Source of the DNA: an uncultured Prevotella sp.
GTDB lineage: Bacteria > Bacteroidota > Bacteroidia > Bacteroidales > Bacteroidaceae
Length of the DNA stretch: 62,862 nucleotides
Assembly: GCA_945830345.1 (NCBI GenBank)
Contig: CALZYS010000001.1
Coordinates: 1-62,862 of the forward strand
Direction of reading: 5' to 3'
Each line of letters begins with the position of its first letter. The stretch's first letter is position 1. This document shows positions 37,798 to 47,636 of the stretch, piece by piece. The notes under the pieces are model-generated. The model had not been told where the DNA came from and ran no database searches. It saw only the letters and a program-made list of their open reading frames with translations. A program made the translations under genes and the position numbers.

Positions 37798-39975
37798 CTA
37801 AATAACAAAAAATTCATATACAGTACTTGTACCTTCTGCATCTGAGAACAACGGTAAACCTATCTTCATCAGATAGTCACCCGAATATCTCCTTGACTCG
37901 GTTTTGGCACCGGGCATCAGGTTAATCTCTTTCACCTCATAAGTGGCTGCAGGATCAAGACCGCGAAGGCATACATTGGCAGAATGCTCCTTGTAGCGAG
38001 GATGAAGATTATATGCGAACACCACGGCATGACGCTTGTCCTTGGATACATAGTTCACAGCTGCATGATTGCCATGGTATGGAGAAACAAGCTTATATTG
38101 GTCGCCATCGAGGATGACTGGCTTCAGACGGCAGTAGTTGGCTACTGCCTCGCGGCAGAACTGCAGTTCGTCGGCGGACAGCGACTTGAGGTCGATGTCG
38201 AAACCTAACTTACACATACTTGCCACATCCACCCTGAACTTCACACTCGCCTTCTTGTTCCAGTTGGTGACATGCGATGCCATTGCCTTTACGGGGAAGA
38301 AATCCGACATGCTCCACTGGATGTAAAGACGCTCATAGGGGTCGGTATCATCCGAGCACCAGAACTCTGTAAAGTATTTCAGTGCCTCATAGTCGCAACG
38401 ACCGCCACCTCCTGCACAGAGCATCATCGGCAGCGAGGGATATTTCTCCGACACACGTCTCATCACGTTATACACACCACGCACGTGGTCGATATACAGA
38501 TTGCACTGCTTCTGCTTGAGATAGGCCGAATGAATGTTGGTTATCGGACTGTTGCAATCCCATTTCAGATAGGCGATGTCGGGATTTTCGGTCATTATAT
38601 CGTCAACGACACTGAACACGAAGTCCTGCACCTTGGGATTGCTGAGGTCGAGCACCAACTGGTTGCGATAGTAATATGTGTCGCGACCGGGAAGGGTAAT
38701 TGCCCAGTCGGGATGCTTCTTGTAAAGCTCACTTTCGGGATTCACCATCTCAGGTTCCACCCAAAGACCGAATTTCACCCCAGCCTTTGTTGCCATACGT
38801 GTGAGCGAGGAAATGCCGTTGGGCAATTTCGTGCGATTGGGTTGCCAGTCGCCAAGTCCGGCATCGTCGTTGTTACGTGGATGAGCATTGCCAAACCATC
38901 CGTCGTCGAGCAGGAACATATCCACACCCAACTGCTTTGCCTCGTCCATGAGATGACCTAACTTCTCCTCGTCGAAGTCGAAAGCGGTATTCTCCCAGTT
39001 ATTCAGAAGAGTGAGACGGTCGCCCATACCATCCTTCAACTGATAGCGACGCGCCCAATCGTGAAGACTCCTCTTTGCCGCCTCAGTGCCGTTGTAGCTG
39101 AGGGTGAACACAAACTCGGGAGTGGTGAACACCTCACCGCTCTTCAACTGATAGTTGGAGGCATAGGGATTGATGGCGGGAATGAGGCGTAGGACACCTA
39201 CGTTATCCACCTCGAAAGTACAGGAGAAATTGCCAGTCCAACCGATGGAACCGAGCATTATCTTGCCTGAGTTGGCAGAAGCCTCTGTGTCAAAGGCCAA
39301 CTGGAAGAAGGGATGGCTCTGCATGGCTGCACGCGAACCGAGCTTGGTGTCAATCACCTTCTTGCCAAACTGTAGCTCCTGTGTGGCGGGATATGCCTCG
39401 CGTGCCCAGTCGCCGTGATAGTTGGTGAGGAAATACCTATCTGCCTGGAGATAGAGCATGGCACTGGCATATCGCCATAGAGAGATGGCACCACGCTCCT
39501 TATGGCAGATTTCGCTCCAGGTCTTTATGACGTTCTCCTTGTCGTATGCCACGTAATGCAATTTCACCTTCACGGGATAGAGTTTGTCGTGGAGAGTAAT
39601 AACAGTCTCCGTGCCGCCTTCCACCCTGTTCACACTGTGCTCCTTATAGTGGAGATAAGTCGTCTGGTTGCCGTCGGCATGAGTGATGGCAAGTGCAGGT
39701 TCGAAGAATTCCTCACCTCCCGAGGCTGCATACGCCTCATGTCCACGCTTGCAGATACTGCCGTCAGAACCGGCATACACTGCCCAGTCGAGCAACTCTG
39801 CATCGGCTGCATTGGCAAGTTTCTCACCGAAATACACCTGATAGAGTCGTCCCTGGGGATTAACCTTGAGGAAGAGATCCGTCTGAGATGTGGATATTCG
39901 GATGGTCTGTGCCTGTGGAGCAATCGTGGCCACAAGTGCCACGACTGCCGTCAGAAATAATCTTACCGTTGACAT
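37798..39975 (-). CDS. Alpha-galactosidase GH36
   Basis: LNNWE, LDDGWFG, LGDW, FGLWVEPEMV, YLKWDCN and WCSDDTD motifs; signal peptide. Confidence 0.95.
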   Translation of the reverse strand: MSTVRLFLTAVVALVATIAPQAQTIRISTSQTDLFLKVNPQGRLYQVYFGEKLANAADAELLDWAVYAGSDGSICKRGHEAYAASGGEEFFEPALAITHADGNQTTYLHYKEHSVNRVEGGTETVITLHDKLYPVKVKLHYVAYDKENVIKTWSEICHKERGAISLWRYASAMLYLQADRYFLTNYHGDWAREAYPATQELQFGKKVIDTKLGSRAAMQSHPFFQLAFDTEASANSGKIMLGSIGWTGNFSCTFEVDNVGVLRLIPAINPYASNYQLKSGEVFTTPEFVFTLSYNGTEAAKRSLHDWARRYQLKDGMGDRLTLLNNWENTAFDFDEEKLGHLMDEAKQLGVDMFLLDDGWFGNAHPRNNDDAGLGDWQPNRTKLPNGISSLTRMATKAGVKFGLWVEPEMVNPESELYKKHPDWAITLPGRDTYYYRNQLVLDLSNPKVQDFVFSVVDDIMTENPDIAYLKWDCNSPITNIHSAYLKQKQCNLYIDHVRGVYNVMRRVSEKYPSLPMMLCAGGGGRCDYEALKYFTEFWCSDDTDPYERLYIQWSMSDFFPVKAMASHVTNWNKKASVKFRVDVASMCKLGFDIDLKSLSADELQFCREAVANYCRLKPVILDGDQYKLVSPYHGNHAAVNYVSKDKRHAVVFAYNLHPRYKEHSANVCLRGLDPAATYEVKEINLMPGAKTESRRYSGDYLMKIGLPLFSDAEGTSTVYEFFVI

Positions 39976-39991
39976 AATACCATATTATTAT

Positions 39992-41863
39992 TTAAAAGAT
40001 ATATGCTTTTGCCCCTTCCACCTTGGCTGTGCCGTCGAGAGTGTAGAAGCGCACACGGTCGTAGGGCTTGGTGGGGAATACGAGGTTGGTCATTGCTATG
40101 CGTCCACCGTCAACGAAGAGTTCCACCGAACTTTTGTCAACGAAGATGTCGAAATGGCGCTTGTTGCCATCGCAGAGATTGAGTGGAGCCCATGTGCCCA
40201 AGGCAAAGTCGTTGACATAGTTGACTGAGTTCTTCTGGCGCATTGTCATAGGGTCGTCCTTGCGCACTGTAAACTCATAGTTGTTCTCGATGTCGTGGGG
40301 AGCGGAACGCTTGCCGAAACCAGTCACACCGCTCTCGGTGCGGTCCATCACCACCCTCTGCTTGTCGAGGTCGAGATAGATTAGTGTGCGCTCGCCCTTG
40401 TCGTTAGCCAGTTCGATACCCACAGTCTTGGCAGTGGCGGCAGTGATGTCGGCTTCTACCTCGAAGGCACCTTCGCCTTCCAACGTCTTCACCTCACCCT
40501 TGCCGTTGAGCTGAAAATCGCCGATTTCAACGATCTGCTTGCGCAAAACCTTCGTTTCCTCCACAGCATTTGCCGAGAGATAGTACTCGCCGTCCTTCTC
40601 ATACATTCGCAACTCGCGAGGCAGGGCATTACAGCTGCGGAACTGCTGTGTAGGAGTGAGGTTGGCATACTGCCAGTTGTTCATCCATGGCACTGCTACG
40701 ATACGGTCGCCGAGATTAGAGAATGTCACAGTCGCATAGTGATCCTTGCCGAAATCGAGGAATTTTGCCACCTCCGGTTTGTTGTCACAAGTGAAGTTCT
40801 TTCCGTCGAAATCGCCCACAAAATACTCTGTGCATGAACCACCGAACAGGCATCCCGGATTGATGTTGACAATCATAACCCACTTCTGCTTGCCGTTGAC
40901 GGTCATTGGGAAGAAATCGGGACACTCAAACTGGTTGGGCTGTGCTCCGTAGCCACGACCGAAGGCGCTCACATACTCCCATTGCTTAAGGTCGGCAGAC
41001 TTGTAGAATCGCATCTCCTTGTCGGCAGAAACAATCATATACCAAGCCTTAGCCGGTTCGTAGCGGAACACCTTCGGGTCGCGGAAATCCCTTAATCCGT
41101 CGAAAGGAGTAAGGATTGGGTTACCCTGATATTTTGTGAATGTGCGGCCATTATCCTTGCTGTAAGCCATGCACTGTATTTGTCCGTTCTTGTCGCTTGC
41201 CGATGTATAGAAGGCAATGATGGCATCCTTGCCGAATCCCGCACTGTTATACTTGTCCACCACGGTGCTTCCCGAGAAGATATGTCCGAGGGTGTCGCGG
41301 GCTATGGCTGGCTTGAGATGCTCCCAATGCACGAGGTCGCGGCTGACGGAGTGTCCCCAGTGCATGTTTCCCCACTTTGAGCCATAGGGATTATACTGGA
41401 AATAGAGATGATACTCACCGTCCTTATACACGAGTCCGTTGGCATCGTTCATCCATCCATACTGTGGTGTGTGGTGATAGATGGGGCGATAGTAGTCAGT
41501 GTTCTTCACATCCCATGTGTTCGAGAGTCGCATCTTCTTTAGTGCGAGTGCATTTCTGTCGATATTTAGCATCTTCACCACTGCTCGCTTGCCTTCGGAA
41601 AGTTCGAATGGCACCTCATAGTCAATCCTGTCGATGGCGAGGCGCACGTCCATCCATGTGTCGTCGGTACGTCCGAGGTCGAGTTTCACCTTTGCCTCGC
41701 CTCTCTCCTCCTCCACCGGAAGGATGAGATATTTAGCGGGGTTGTCAATCACTACCACTGTTGTGTCGCCTTTATGCTCCACGTTGATTGTCTGAGCATT
41801 GGCTGTTGTTGCGGTGAGAGCCGCGATGGCTGCGATAGCAGATGATATAATAGTACGTTTCAT
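39992..41863 (-). CDS. GH32 beta-fructofuranosidase / exo-levanase (DUF4980 N-domain)
   Basis: WMNDANG, FSGS, RDP and ECP motifs; signal peptide from MKRTII. Confidence 0.93.
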   Translation of the reverse strand: MKRTIISSAIAAIAALTATTANAQTINVEHKGDTTVVVIDNPAKYLILPVEEERGEAKVKLDLGRTDDTWMDVRLAIDRIDYEVPFELSEGKRAVVKMLNIDRNALALKKMRLSNTWDVKNTDYYRPIYHHTPQYGWMNDANGLVYKDGEYHLYFQYNPYGSKWGNMHWGHSVSRDLVHWEHLKPAIARDTLGHIFSGSTVVDKYNSAGFGKDAIIAFYTSASDKNGQIQCMAYSKDNGRTFTKYQGNPILTPFDGLRDFRDPKVFRYEPAKAWYMIVSADKEMRFYKSADLKQWEYVSAFGRGYGAQPNQFECPDFFPMTVNGKQKWVMIVNINPGCLFGGSCTEYFVGDFDGKNFTCDNKPEVAKFLDFGKDHYATVTFSNLGDRIVAVPWMNNWQYANLTPTQQFRSCNALPRELRMYEKDGEYYLSANAVEETKVLRKQIVEIGDFQLNGKGEVKTLEGEGAFEVEADITAATAKTVGIELANDKGERTLIYLDLDKQRVVMDRTESGVTGFGKRSAPHDIENNYEFTVRKDDPMTMRQKNSVNYVNDFALGTWAPLNLCDGNKRHFDIFVDKSSVELFVDGGRIAMTNLVFPTKPYDRVRFYTLDGTAKVEGAKAYIF

Positions 41864-41876
41864 GTCTTTATTGTTT

Positions 41877-44174
41877 TCAGAACTTGATATTTGCTGTGAA
41901 TTCAACGGTGAACGGACGGAGATAGCTACCCGTCATGAGGCAGTTCTTGATGTCCTTTGCCTCCTCCTTGGTGATAAGTTCAGCACCTGCGATGCTACCC
42001 TTGGCACCTGTCTGGTTGAGGAAGTTGACAACTGTGCAACCGAGTGAGAGATGCTTGTTCACGTCCCAGTTCACACCGCCGAATGTCTCCCAGTGACCGT
42101 TGAAGTAGTATGCCTCGTTGATGTTGGCGTAGGTCTTGCTGAAGTAGCGGAAACTGGTCCAGAGCTTCAGTTTCGGAGTAATCATGTAGCTTGGGTCAAG
42201 TTCGACAAGCACCTGCGGCACCTCTGCCACGATATTTCCCGTAGCGTTGATTTTGCCCTCATATCCGTCACTAAACCTTACCGATGTCTCATACTTCTTA
42301 TAAGTAGGCTTCTGATATGTGAAGAGAGCGTGCAGCTCAAATCCCTTGAACGGACGCATCACAGCATCCGTTGTCCATCCCCAAGTCTGTATGTCGTAGG
42401 TCAGCGGTGCTGCCATAATCTCCTGACCGTGCTGCAGGTTGAGCGTAGAGTTGTTGTTGGTCTTCGAGATATATGAGATGAGCGAGGTTAGGCTCAGCCA
42501 ATTGTTGTTGTAGTAGATACCGGCGCGACCGAGCGGAACACTGATTTTGTTGGTGTTAGGGAGTGTTGCGGGCGAGAAGTTCTCAAACTTCGGGTGCTGC
42601 ACGATGTAGGTGAAGTCGCCGGTGAAACCGAACTTTTCTGTCATCTTATATGTGAGTGCGGCAGTGAAGTCATAGTTCAGCCAGCTATAGTCGAGGTCGG
42701 CGGGAGTGATCTTCGTGCCATCGGCAGCTTTGGCTCCGAGGTGATAGTTGGCGAATCGTCCCACATAGTCGCCTGCCGAGTTCTTCACTGCGGCATTCTC
42801 GCCCTTGATGGTCTGCCATTCGAAGCGGGCACCGTAATAGACGTTCAGTTTCTTCGAGATGTCCCAGTCGTGTGTGAAGTAAAGGGCGAGCTTGTTCTCC
42901 TTACCCTTGTAGTACTCCGATGCATTCTTATTATAGTCATAGAAATAGTAGTCACGCTTATTGGCGTCGTAGAGGCGCACAGCATAGTTGCCGTCGTTAG
43001 GCACGCTCTGGTCGTACATTGTGGTGTTCGATGTATAGTCGATGTCATAGAGCCACTCGTTTACACCAATGCGCAGTGTGCTTGTAGAGAACTTCTTGAT
43101 AAGCTCTGAGGTGAGGAGGAATTCGTCGATGTCGCCCGAATTGAGGCATGACATTCTCGACTGCACATACTCGCCAGTGTAGTTCTCGTGCTTTCCCTCG
43201 GGAGTAATCAACATATAATTATATGCCGGATTGCCCTTCACATTCATCAACGACATTGGGCTCTGATATACGAGTGCTCCGTGGGCGTGGTCATAGCGTG
43301 CACTGATGTTCCATGTCAGGCCGTTGTCCCAGCGATACTTGTTTGAGATGAAGAACTGGCTTGAGCGGTTTTCCTCGGCATCGTAGAGTGAAGTTTCCTT
43401 GATTTCACCGGTGCGCATGTCCATATATGTCATGTTTGCGTCAACTGGCAGATAGGATGTGGTACCGAGCTTGAACTTGCCGTATTCCTTCACGCTTCCG
43501 TCGCCAACATAGATAAACGGAGCCGACTGTGTGGCGAAGGTGTAGAGCGGGTGGCTGTTGGAATAGTGATACATGGCTGTCAGTTCACCCTTGCCCTTGT
43601 CATAGAGGTGGGTGAGAGCTACCTTATATATCTGAGTGCGGTCCTGATACTGCGAACTGCGAATCTTGAATGTTCCGGGGTCGAAGTCCTGGTACATGTT
43701 GGCACTGTAGAACCAGTTTTCACCGATGGAACCGTTCAAATTCAACGAATATTCCTGCTGACCGAAGTGGTTGGCCTTGTAGTTGAGAGAGCCATGGAAT
43801 CCCTTCTCGCCGAGCTTTGTCCATGAGTTGACGGCATAACCGATGTTACCCGTTGTTATTGCTGTCTCCGAGATTTTCAGCAGTCCCACATGACTATGGC
43901 TTGCATCGGAGCGCCAGTTGGAGTTGACACTGTGAGGATTTGTAGCAAAGGTAACGGGGAGACCGTTTTCCAGTACGTTGACATCGGCAGACGGCAGACC
44001 TATCTGGATCTCGCGAGGTCCGTTGGCACTGGCGGCATTGAGCATCACGTTGCGGTTGCCCTCTTCCTTGCTGTTGTTCTCACTCTCCTGTGCACTCATA
44101 TAAAGAGGTGCACACAAGATTGCGGCTGCAATCATAATCTTTGCCTGAGGCAGATTGAAATGCTTTGTTTTCAT
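41877..44174 (-). CDS. TonB-dependent receptor (non-SusC type)
   Basis: Signal peptide, short plug, amphipathic strands, terminal FTANIKF; no SusC IDG/LKDA motifs. Confidence 0.8.
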   Translation of the reverse strand: MKTKHFNLPQAKIMIAAAILCAPLYMSAQESENNSKEEGNRNVMLNAASANGPREIQIGLPSADVNVLENGLPVTFATNPHSVNSNWRSDASHSHVGLLKISETAITTGNIGYAVNSWTKLGEKGFHGSLNYKANHFGQQEYSLNLNGSIGENWFYSANMYQDFDPGTFKIRSSQYQDRTQIYKVALTHLYDKGKGELTAMYHYSNSHPLYTFATQSAPFIYVGDGSVKEYGKFKLGTTSYLPVDANMTYMDMRTGEIKETSLYDAEENRSSQFFISNKYRWDNGLTWNISARYDHAHGALVYQSPMSLMNVKGNPAYNYMLITPEGKHENYTGEYVQSRMSCLNSGDIDEFLLTSELIKKFSTSTLRIGVNEWLYDIDYTSNTTMYDQSVPNDGNYAVRLYDANKRDYYFYDYNKNASEYYKGKENKLALYFTHDWDISKKLNVYYGARFEWQTIKGENAAVKNSAGDYVGRFANYHLGAKAADGTKITPADLDYSWLNYDFTAALTYKMTEKFGFTGDFTYIVQHPKFENFSPATLPNTNKISVPLGRAGIYYNNNWLSLTSLISYISKTNNNSTLNLQHGQEIMAAPLTYDIQTWGWTTDAVMRPFKGFELHALFTYQKPTYKKYETSVRFSDGYEGKINATGNIVAEVPQVLVELDPSYMITPKLKLWTSFRYFSKTYANINEAYYFNGHWETFGGVNWDVNKHLSLGCTVVNFLNQTGAKGSIAGAELITKEEAKDIKNCLMTGSYLRPFTVEFTANIKF

Positions 44175-44459
44175 AAAGGATAATTTTTTTTGTTATTTCG
44201 ATTTCGTGGTGCAAAATTATATCTATTTTTCTCGCAAAACAAGTCTGCGTAGCGTTTTGGTAAGTGGATAGTATAAGGATTTTCTATCAACTATCTGATT
44301 ATCAACATTATCGTCCTATCCCATCTTACGCCTTTAGTAAATACCCAAGAATACACTTTATCGAAAAAAATGGAGTTTATAGATAAAAAAAACTAATTTT
44401 TCATTGCCAATTAAAAATAAAGACGTATATTTGCAGTCCCAAACCCAAGCATATATATT

Positions 44460-46040
44460 ATGAACTACAAAAAAACAACCATGTTTATCGCTCTTGCCCT
44501 ATTGTTCTCATGCAGTGGGCATAACGACAAACTATATGATGAGTTGGAAACCTGCCTTGCAAAGCGTCAGGAAGTGACTAAGGCCAAGGAGGATAAAATA
44601 GCCGACTTTAAAGCCAAGCTGAACAAATGCAAGGATGAACAAAGACAATTCACACTATGCGACAGTCTCGTCAAGCACTATTACCTGTTCAACTCCGACT
44701 CAGCCTCAAAGTATATCGACCTTGCGATGAAAAAGGCCGTAAGCCTCAATCGTGCCGACTATATAAATAAGGTGAGGATTCTTGATGCATATATCCTCGC
44801 CACCTCAGGTCACTACAATGATGCCGAGACAACCATGCAAAATGTTGATACAGCTGCCCTTGATAAGAAAAACTTACGACTCTACTACGAGACATGGCGA
44901 TGGATATACAACACGTGGGAGGCATACGTCAAGGACGAAGCCCGCGCCGATATCTACGCAAAGAAGGCTGATGCCTATCTTGACACTCTGTGCATGATAG
45001 AACCAGGAAACACTGCCGACGGTCTTTATTTCAAGGCAGAAAAGCAGATGAACTTAGGCAACCTGAAGGAGGCGGAAAAGAATTATCTCGCTTGCATATC
45101 CAAGCTCGACAAGTCGAAGAGGAGATATGCCAGTGCATGCTGCGCCCTTGCCATGGTTTATGAGATGCAGGAACGATACGATGACTATGAGCACTACATG
45201 ATTCTCGCAGCCATCTCCGACCAGTCGATACCACTGAAGGAGAATCTCGCAATGCAGGAACTGGCTGAATACCTGTCGCACCACAAGATGGAATATAATC
45301 AGGCACAACGCTACTTGGTGTATTCGGTGGAGGACGCCATATACTACAACAACCGTCTGCGACTCACCGAGATAGCTCGCAAACTGCCTGACATAGCTTT
45401 AGGCTATCAGAAAGCTGAGGACACTATCGCCAAATACAATCTCACCGTCATTGCCATCATGGGGGCACTCGCCATCGGATTGCTTGTTGTCGTAATGTAT
45501 AGTCTAAAGCAAAACAAAAAACTCATTGCCCAAAGAAAAGACAGGATCATACTCAACGAAAAGCTCAAGGCCACAAATATCAGTCGCGACAAATATGTCA
45601 GTCTATTCATCGACCTTTGCGCCGTGGCAATCGACAAATACAACAACCTCACCAAGACCATCGAGCGCAAGGTGAAGGCTCACCAAGTGGACGACCTGCT
45701 CGTGCTTCTAAACAACAACAGGCTAAAGGACAAGGACGTGAAAGAGGTGCTCTTCACCTTCGACCGTGCTTTCCTCAATCTCTATCCGAAGTTTGTGGAT
45801 GAATTCAACCTTCTGCTGCTGCCCGAACATCGCATCCAGTTGAAGGAAGGCCAACTACTCAACTCCGAACTGCGCATCATGGCGTTCGTGAGAATGGGAA
45901 TGAAGGACACAAACCGCATAGCCACCTTGCTCAACTATTCGGCTCAAACCATCTACAACTATCGCTCAACCCTCAAGAACCACGCCATCGACAAGGACAA
46001 CTTCGAGGATAACGTGGCAAAACTGTGTGAGGTCAACTGA
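44460..46040 (+). CDS. SusR-like (DUF6377) membrane-anchored transcriptional regulator
   Basis: Periplasmic TPR-like region, TM helix, FD..FL.LYP.FV..FN.LL, ELRI.A..R.G and TIYNYR; divergent from the TBDT. Confidence 0.88.
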   Translation: MNYKKTTMFIALALLFSCSGHNDKLYDELETCLAKRQEVTKAKEDKIADFKAKLNKCKDEQRQFTLCDSLVKHYYLFNSDSASKYIDLAMKKAVSLNRADYINKVRILDAYILATSGHYNDAETTMQNVDTAALDKKNLRLYYETWRWIYNTWEAYVKDEARADIYAKKADAYLDTLCMIEPGNTADGLYFKAEKQMNLGNLKEAEKNYLACISKLDKSKRRYASACCALAMVYEMQERYDDYEHYMILAAISDQSIPLKENLAMQELAEYLSHHKMEYNQAQRYLVYSVEDAIYYNNRLRLTEIARKLPDIALGYQKAEDTIAKYNLTVIAIMGALAIGLLVVVMYSLKQNKKLIAQRKDRIILNEKLKATNISRDKYVSLFIDLCAVAIDKYNNLTKTIERKVKAHQVDDLLVLLNNNRLKDKDVKEVLFTFDRAFLNLYPKFVDEFNLLLLPEHRIQLKEGQLLNSELRIMAFVRMGMKDTNRIATLLNYSAQTIYNYRSTLKNHAIDKDNFEDNVAKLCEVN

Positions 46041-46123
46041 GATGCAAGGTTTTATATATCGATTCAGATGTTTTTTTATTGAATTCGTATTCTTTTCTAA
46101 GGAAAATTGAATGTTGTTAAGTT

Positions 46124-47458
46124 TTACACCTCATTCAACAGAAAAGCCATATACAAAGGCAATGTAATAACCCCACCTGAGACTCCCACATTATAATTCC
46201 CGAGCTTAATCGCCTTTGAGACGTGATACTTCTCGGGATGCGCAAGGATGGTCTTCGTGCTCTTCACATTGCCACTTGTCGCCTTCACCTCCACCAGTGT
46301 ACACTCACCTCTATAGCGCATTACAAAATCCACCTCAAGACCGCTATCTTTTCGGTAATAATATAGCTTCCGTCCCATTTTACCGAAAATGTCTGCTATG
46401 AGATTCTCAAAAATTGCTCCCTTATATCCCAAGAGATTACCGTTGAGTATGTCGTGTGCAGTCTCACGCTCCAACATACAGACAAACAATCCTGTATCTG
46501 CCATATAGACCTTGAACTGCTCATATATGGCATTCCCGTCAAGCGGCAATTCGGGAATCTCAAGATTATAACACCTGCGGATTATTCCGGCATCCTCTAT
46601 CCATTGGATACTTCCCTGATAGTCGCGCCCACGACCGTTCGCCCTGACCTGTGCGTATGCAAACTTCTTGTTTTCACGACTTAACTGCTTTGGTATCGAT
46701 TCAAAACATTCCCTAATTCTGGGTTTGTCTAATTGGGAGGCATATTTGAGCATATCCGCCTTGTATCCTTCGATAATTGCCTTTTGTACGCTTACTACCT
46801 CCTGAATGTTATGTGTCTCCATAAAAGCAGTAACCGCACGTGGCATTCCTCCTACAATGACATACTGAAGGAGCAGTTGGGTCATCCGTCGATGAATGAC
46901 TTCGGGAATGGGAACGAGAGAAAACAAACTATCCTCGAGTTTTCTGAAAACAGCCTCTTGAATGCCATTCGCCCACAACCACTCCTCAAAATCCATTGGA
47001 TACATATCCACAATCTTTTCATAACCCACCGGCACTGGTGCAAATTTGTCATCATCCGCATCCTTCGACCTATAACCACTGACGCCGAGCAAGGAACCGG
47101 TACAGATAACATCAAAACGTCCGTCCATTTTGAAGAACTTCAGGGATGTACGGGCTCTCGGACAATCCTGTATCTCGTCAAAGACAAAGCATGTATCACC
47201 AGGAACTATACGTACATTTGGCAGCAGCGTCGATATGTTGACCAATATATTGTCTATCTCAAGAGAATCATCAAATATTGACTTGTATTGAGGATTTAGG
47301 AAAAAGTCCAAATAAACCACATTACCGTAGTTCTTACGTGCAAAGTCGAGCACAGAGAATGTCTTACCGCATTGGCGACATCCTTTGATAACAATTGGCA
47401 TTTTGTCCTTACTTTTCTTCCAGTCCAAAAGCACTTTTTCTATCTTTCTCCTAAACAT
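46124..47458 (-). CDS. AAA_14 ATPase with DUF4143 domain
   Basis: GCRQCGKT, FDEIQD, TGSLLG, YPMDFEE, GGMP, DTGL and EVDF...EVK motifs. Confidence 0.92.
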   Translation of the reverse strand: MFRRKIEKVLLDWKKSKDKMPIVIKGCRQCGKTFSVLDFARKNYGNVVYLDFFLNPQYKSIFDDSLEIDNILVNISTLLPNVRIVPGDTCFVFDEIQDCPRARTSLKFFKMDGRFDVICTGSLLGVSGYRSKDADDDKFAPVPVGYEKIVDMYPMDFEEWLWANGIQEAVFRKLEDSLFSLVPIPEVIHRRMTQLLLQYVIVGGMPRAVTAFMETHNIQEVVSVQKAIIEGYKADMLKYASQLDKPRIRECFESIPKQLSRENKKFAYAQVRANGRGRDYQGSIQWIEDAGIIRRCYNLEIPELPLDGNAIYEQFKVYMADTGLFVCMLERETAHDILNGNLLGYKGAIFENLIADIFGKMGRKLYYYRKDSGLEVDFVMRYRGECTLVEVKATSGNVKSTKTILAHPEKYHVSKAIKLGNYNVGVSGGVITLPLYMAFLLNEV

Positions 47459-47487
47459 CTGACAATAAATTGATTAAATAAAACAAT

Positions 47488-47575
47488 ACACGTTTTTCAA
47501 ACGACTTTATGCGATGATACACACGTTTTTCAAACGACTTTTATCATACCTGCGCCACTTTTTCAAGCGACTTTT
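47488..47575. repeat. Three direct repeats at 33-bp spacing in the ATPase leader
   Basis: tttttcaa(a/g)cgacttt at 47493, 47526, 47559; lies between the -7 box (47581-47588) and the ATG. Confidence 0.92.
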
Positions 47576-47636
47576 GGGCGCAAAGTTAATCTTTTTCCTT
47601 CAACAAACAAAGAAATATAGAGATTTTTTCATTAAC

